Origin: a virus
Taxonomy: Duplodnaviria > Heunggongvirae > Uroviricota > Caudoviricetes
DNA: 11,451 nt
IMG/VR virus record: IMGVR_UViG_2690316318_000003
Strand: one strand, 5' to 3'
Position numbers and translations under genes: made by a program. Positions 7,871-11,451 of the stretch are shown in pieces. The notes under the pieces were generated by a model that made no database searches, was not told the DNA's origin, and saw nothing but the letters and a program-made list of their open reading frames with translations. Within the stretch, counting starts at the first letter, position 1; each line of letters starts with the position of its first letter.

Positions 7871-10424
7871 ACCGGTAGGCGATCTGGTCGTTGATTTAAG
7901 TCTGGATGCAGCCAGATTTGACGAGCAGATGGCCAGAGTCAGGCGTCATTTTTCCGGTACGGAAAGTGATGCGAAAAAAACAGCGGCAGTTGTTGAGCAG
8001 TCGATGAACCGACAGGCGCTGGCTGCACAGAAAGCTGGTATCTCTGTAGGGCAGTATAAAGCTGCCATGCGTATGCTTCCTGCACAGTTCACCGACGTGG
8101 CCACGCAGCTTGCAGGGGGGCAGAACCCGTTTCTCATCCTGCTGCAACAGGGCGGCCAGGTAAAAGATTCCTTCGGTGGGTTGATCCCCATGTTCAGGGG
8201 GCTTGCCGGTGCAGTCACCCTGCCGATGGTGGGGCTCACTTCGCTGGCAGTTGCCACCGGAGCGCTGGCGTATGCCTGGTATCAGGGGGATTCAACCCTG
8301 TCCAGTTTCAATAAAACGCTGGTCCTTTCCGGTAATCAGGCAGGACTGACGGCAGATCGTATGCTGGCCCTGTCCAGAGCCGGGCAGGCGGCAGGGCTGA
8401 CGTTTAACCAGACCAGCGAGTCACTGACGGCGCTGGTGAATGCCGGTGTGCGTGGTGGTGAGCAGTTTGAGGCGATCAGCCAGAGTGTGGCGCGTTTCTC
8501 CTCTGCATCGGGCGTGGAGGTGGACAAGGTTGCTGAAGCCTTCGGGAAGCTGACCACAGACCCGACGTCGGGGCTGACAGCGATGGCGCGCCAGTTCCAT
8601 AACGTGACAGCGGAGCAGATTGCGTATGTTGCTCAGTTGCAGCGTTCCGGCGATGAAGCCGGGGCATTGCAGGCGGCGAACGAGGCCGCAACGAAAGGGT
8701 TTGATGACCAGACCCGCCGCCTGAAAGATAACATGGGCACGCTGGAGACCTGGGCAGACAAGACAGCACGGGCATTTAAATCCATGTGGGATGCGGTGCT
8801 GGATATTGGTCGTCCTGATACCGTGCAGGAGATGCTGATTAAGGCAGAGGCTGCGTTTAAGAAAGCAGACGACATCTGGAATCTGCGCAAGGATGATTAT
8901 TTTGTTAACGATGAAGCACGGGCGCGTTACTGGGATGATCGTGAAAAGGCCCGTCTTGCGCTTGAAGCCGCCCGAAAGAAGGCTGAACAGCAGAGTCAAC
9001 AGGACAAAAATGCGCAGCAGCAGAGCGATACCGAAGCGTCACGGCTGAAATATACCGAAGAGGCGCAGAAGGCTTACGAACGTCTGCAGACTCCGCTGGA
9101 GAAATATACCGCCCGTCAGGAAGAACTGAACAAGGCACTGAAAGACGGAAAAATCCTGCAGGCAGATTACAACACGCTGATGGCGGCAGCGAAAAAGGAT
9201 TATGAAGCGACGCTGAAAAAGCCAAAGCAGTCCGGCGTGAAGGTGTCTGCAGGCGATCGCCAGGAAGACAGTGCTCATGCTGCCCTGCTGACGCTTCAGG
9301 CAGAACTCCGGACGCTGGAGAAGCATGCCGGAGCGAATGAGAAAATCAGCCAGCAGCGCCGGGATTTGTGGAAGGCGGAGAGTCAGTTCGCTGTACTGGA
9401 GGAAGCGGCACAACGTCGCCAGCTGTCCGCACAGGAGAAATCCCTGCTGGCGCATAAAGACGAGACGCTGGAGTACAAACGCCAGCTGGCGGCACTTGGC
9501 GACAAGGTGACGTATCAGGAGCGTCTGAATGCGCTGGCGCAGCAGGCGGATAAATTCGCACAGCAACAACGGGCAAAACGGGCCGCCATTGATGCGAAAA
9601 GCCGGGGGCTGACAGACCGGCAGGCAGCGCGGGAAGCCACTGAACAGCGCCTGAAGGAACAGTATGGCGATAATACGCTGGCGCTGAATAACGTCCTGTC
9701 AGAACAGAAAAAGACCTGGGCGGCTGAAGACCAGCTTAACGGGAGCTGGATGGCTGGCCTGAAGTCCGGCTGGAGCGAGTGGAAAGAGAGTGCCACGGAC
9801 AGTATGTCGCAGGTTAAAAGTGCTGCCACGCAGACCTTTGATGGTATTGCGCAGAATATGGCGGCGATGCTGACCGGCAGTGAGCAGAACTGGCGCAGCT
9901 TCACCCGTTCCGTGCTGTCCATGATGACAGAAATTCTGCTAAAGCAGGCAATGGTGGGGATTGTCGGGAGTATCGGCAGCGCCATTGGCGGAGCTGTTGG
10001 TGGTGGCGCATCAGCGTCAGGCGGTACAGCCATTCAGGCAGCTGCGGCGAAATTCCATTTTGCGACCGGAGGATTTACGGGGACCGGCGGCAAATATGAG
10101 CCAGCGGGGATTGTTCACCGTGGTGAATTTGTCTTCACGAAGGAGGCAACCAGCCGGATTGGCGTGGGAAATCTCTACCGGCTGATGCGCGGCTATGCCA
10201 CCGGTGGTTATGTCGGTACACCGGGCAGTCTGGCGGACAGCCGGTCGCAGGCGTCCGGGAAGTTTGAGCAGAATAACCATGTGGTGATTAACAACGACGG
10301 TACGAATGGTCTGCCAGGGCCACAGGCGCTGAAGGCTGTTTATGACGTAGCCCGTAAGGCAGCAATGGATGTTGTGACCGGGCAGATGCGCGATGGTGGT
10401 CTGTTCTCCGGAGGTGGGCGATGA
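7863..10424 (+). CDS. H: tail tape measure protein gpH (853 aa)
   Basis: ORF 7863..10424, 853 aa as in lambda gpH; start ATG 7863 overlaps the T-frame stop (7868-7870); hydrophobic segment near the N-terminus, long Ala/Gln/Lys/Glu-rich coiled-coil-like centre, Gly-rich C-terminal part. Confidence 0.93.
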   Translation: MAEPVGDLVVDLSLDAARFDEQMARVRRHFSGTESDAKKTAAVVEQSMNRQALAAQKAGISVGQYKAAMRMLPAQFTDVATQLAGGQNPFLILLQQGGQVKDSFGGLIPMFRGLAGAVTLPMVGLTSLAVATGALAYAWYQGDSTLSSFNKTLVLSGNQAGLTADRMLALSRAGQAAGLTFNQTSESLTALVNAGVRGGEQFEAISQSVARFSSASGVEVDKVAEAFGKLTTDPTSGLTAMARQFHNVTAEQIAYVAQLQRSGDEAGALQAANEAATKGFDDQTRRLKDNMGTLETWADKTARAFKSMWDAVLDIGRPDTVQEMLIKAEAAFKKADDIWNLRKDDYFVNDEARARYWDDREKARLALEAARKKAEQQSQQDKNAQQQSDTEASRLKYTEEAQKAYERLQTPLEKYTARQEELNKALKDGKILQADYNTLMAAAKKDYEATLKKPKQSGVKVSAGDRQEDSAHAALLTLQAELRTLEKHAGANEKISQQRRDLWKAESQFAVLEEAAQRRQLSAQEKSLLAHKDETLEYKRQLAALGDKVTYQERLNALAQQADKFAQQQRAKRAAIDAKSRGLTDRQAAREATEQRLKEQYGDNTLALNNVLSEQKKTWAAEDQLNGSWMAGLKSGWSEWKESATDSMSQVKSAATQTFDGIAQNMAAMLTGSEQNWRSFTRSVLSMMTEILLKQAMVGIVGSIGSAIGGAVGGGASASGGTAIQAAAAKFHFATGGFTGTGGKYEPAGIVHRGEFVFTKEATSRIGVGNLYRLMRGYATGGYVGTPGSLADSRSQASGKFEQNNHVVINNDGTNGLPGPQALKAVYDVARKAAMDVVTGQMRDGGLFSGGGR

Positions 10425-10750
10425 AAACCTTCCGCTGGAAAGTAAAACCCGGCATGGATGTGGCTTCGGCTCCTTCCGTAAGAAAGGTGCGCTTTGGTGA
10501 TGGTTACTCCCAGCGAGCGCCTGCCGGGCTGAATTCCAACCTGAAAACGTACAGCGTGACGTTTTCTGTTCCCCGTCGGGAGGCCACGGCGCTGGAGTCG
10601 TTTCTGGCTGAGCACGGGGGCTGGAAAGCCTTTCTGTGGACGCCGCCTTATGAGTGGCGGCAGATAAAGGTGACCTGCGCAAAATGGTCGTCGCGGGTCA
10701 GTATGCTGCGTGTTGAGTTCAGTGCAGAGTTTGAACAGGTGGTGAACTGA
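10421..10750 (+). CDS. M: tail tip assembly protein gpM (109 aa)
   Basis: ORF 10421..10750; ATG 10421-10423 overlaps H stop TGA 10422-10424; 109 aa as in lambda gpM. Confidence 0.9.
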   Translation: MKTFRWKVKPGMDVASAPSVRKVRFGDGYSQRAPAGLNSNLKTYSVTFSVPRREATALESFLAEHGGWKAFLWTPPYEWRQIKVTCAKWSSRVSMLRVEFSAEFEQVVN

Positions 10751-11448
10751 TGCAGGATATCCGGCAGGAAACACTGAATGAATGCACCCGTGCGGAGCAG
10801 TCGGCCAGCGTGGTGCTCTGGGAAATCGACCTGACAGAGGTCGGTGGAGAACGTTATTTTTTCTGCAATGAGCAGAACGAAAAAGGTGAGCCGGTCACCT
10901 GGCAGGGGCGACAGTATCAGCCGTATCCCATTCAGGGGAGTGGTTTTGAACTGAATGGCAAAGGCACCAGTACGCGCCCCACGCTGACGGTTTCTAACCT
11001 GTACGGTCTGGTCACCGGCATGGTGGAAGATATGCAGAGTCTGGTCGGCGGAACGGTGGTCCGGCGTAAGGTTTACGCCCGTTTTCTGGATGCGGTGAAC
11101 TTCGTCAACGGAAATATCGAGGCAGACCCGGAGCAGGAGGTGATCAGCCGCTGGCGCATCGAGCAGTGCAGCGAACTGAGCGCGGTGAGTTCCTCCTTTG
11201 TACTGTCCACGCCGACGGAAACGGATGGCGCTGTTTTTCCGGGGCGTATCATGCTGGCCAACACCTGCACCTGGACCTATCGCGGTGATGAGTGCGGTTA
11301 TCACGGTCCGGCGGTCGCGGATGAATATGACCAGCCGACGTCCGATATCACGAAGGATAAATGCAGCAAATGCCTGAGCGGCTGTAAGCTCCGTAATAAC
11401 GTCGCCAACTTTGGCGGTTTTCTGTCCATCAACAAACTTTCGCAGTAA
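10750..11448 (+). CDS. L: tail tip protein gpL with C-terminal cysteine cluster (232 aa)
   Basis: ORF 10750..11448; ATG 10750-10752 shares one nt with M stop TGA 10748-10750; 232 aa as in lambda gpL; Cys at residues 173, 182, 205, 208, 212. Confidence 0.9.
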   Translation: MQDIRQETLNECTRAEQSASVVLWEIDLTEVGGERYFFCNEQNEKGEPVTWQGRQYQPYPIQGSGFELNGKGTSTRPTLTVSNLYGLVTGMVEDMQSLVGGTVVRRKVYARFLDAVNFVNGNIEADPEQEVISRWRIEQCSELSAVSSSFVLSTPTETDGAVFPGRIMLANTCTWTYRGDECGYHGPAVADEYDQPTSDITKDKCSKCLSGCKLRNNVANFGGFLSINKLSQ

Positions 11449-11451
11449 ATC

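Noticed and set aside
8421-8999. 192-aa minus-strand ORF and other antisense ORFs inside H (8476..8775, 8633..8890, 9039..9569, 9515..10033)
   Set aside because: All are nested antisense to the tape measure gene and have Cys/Arg/Pro-rich composition; the A/Q/K/E-rich repetitive H coding sequence generates long open antisense frames by chance.
10017-11304. Minus-strand ORFs of 221 aa, 144 aa and 218 aa antisense to H, M and L
   Set aside because: They span gene boundaries of the + strand operon, lack start context, and every base is already accounted for by overlapping + strand genes.

Overview
This window is a contiguous, single-strand (+) late morphogenesis module of a lambda-type siphovirus (phage or prophage). 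It is colinear with lambda genes W-B-C/nu3-D-E-FI-FII-Z-U-V-G/T-H-M-L, preceded by the last 14 nt of the large terminase gene A. Genes are tightly packed with overlapping stop/start codons, a nested in-frame scaffold gene (nu3 inside C), and a programmed -1 frameshift (G to G-T) upstream of the tape measure gene H. I see no rRNA, tRNA, CRISPR array, transposon or inserted accessory (moron) gene, and the minus-strand ORFs look like frame artefacts of the GC-rich coding strand. I do not see an undescribed system here; this is an ordinary, well-understood structural operon. Points worth a second look are two terminator-like hairpins flanking the major capsid gene E, an unusual U-rich leader in front of E, the frameshift site, and apparent in-frame length differences in FI, Z and T relative to lambda as I recall it, which suggest a lambda relative rather than lambda itself. 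All homology statements rest on my recollection of lambda proteins and gene order; no database search was run.
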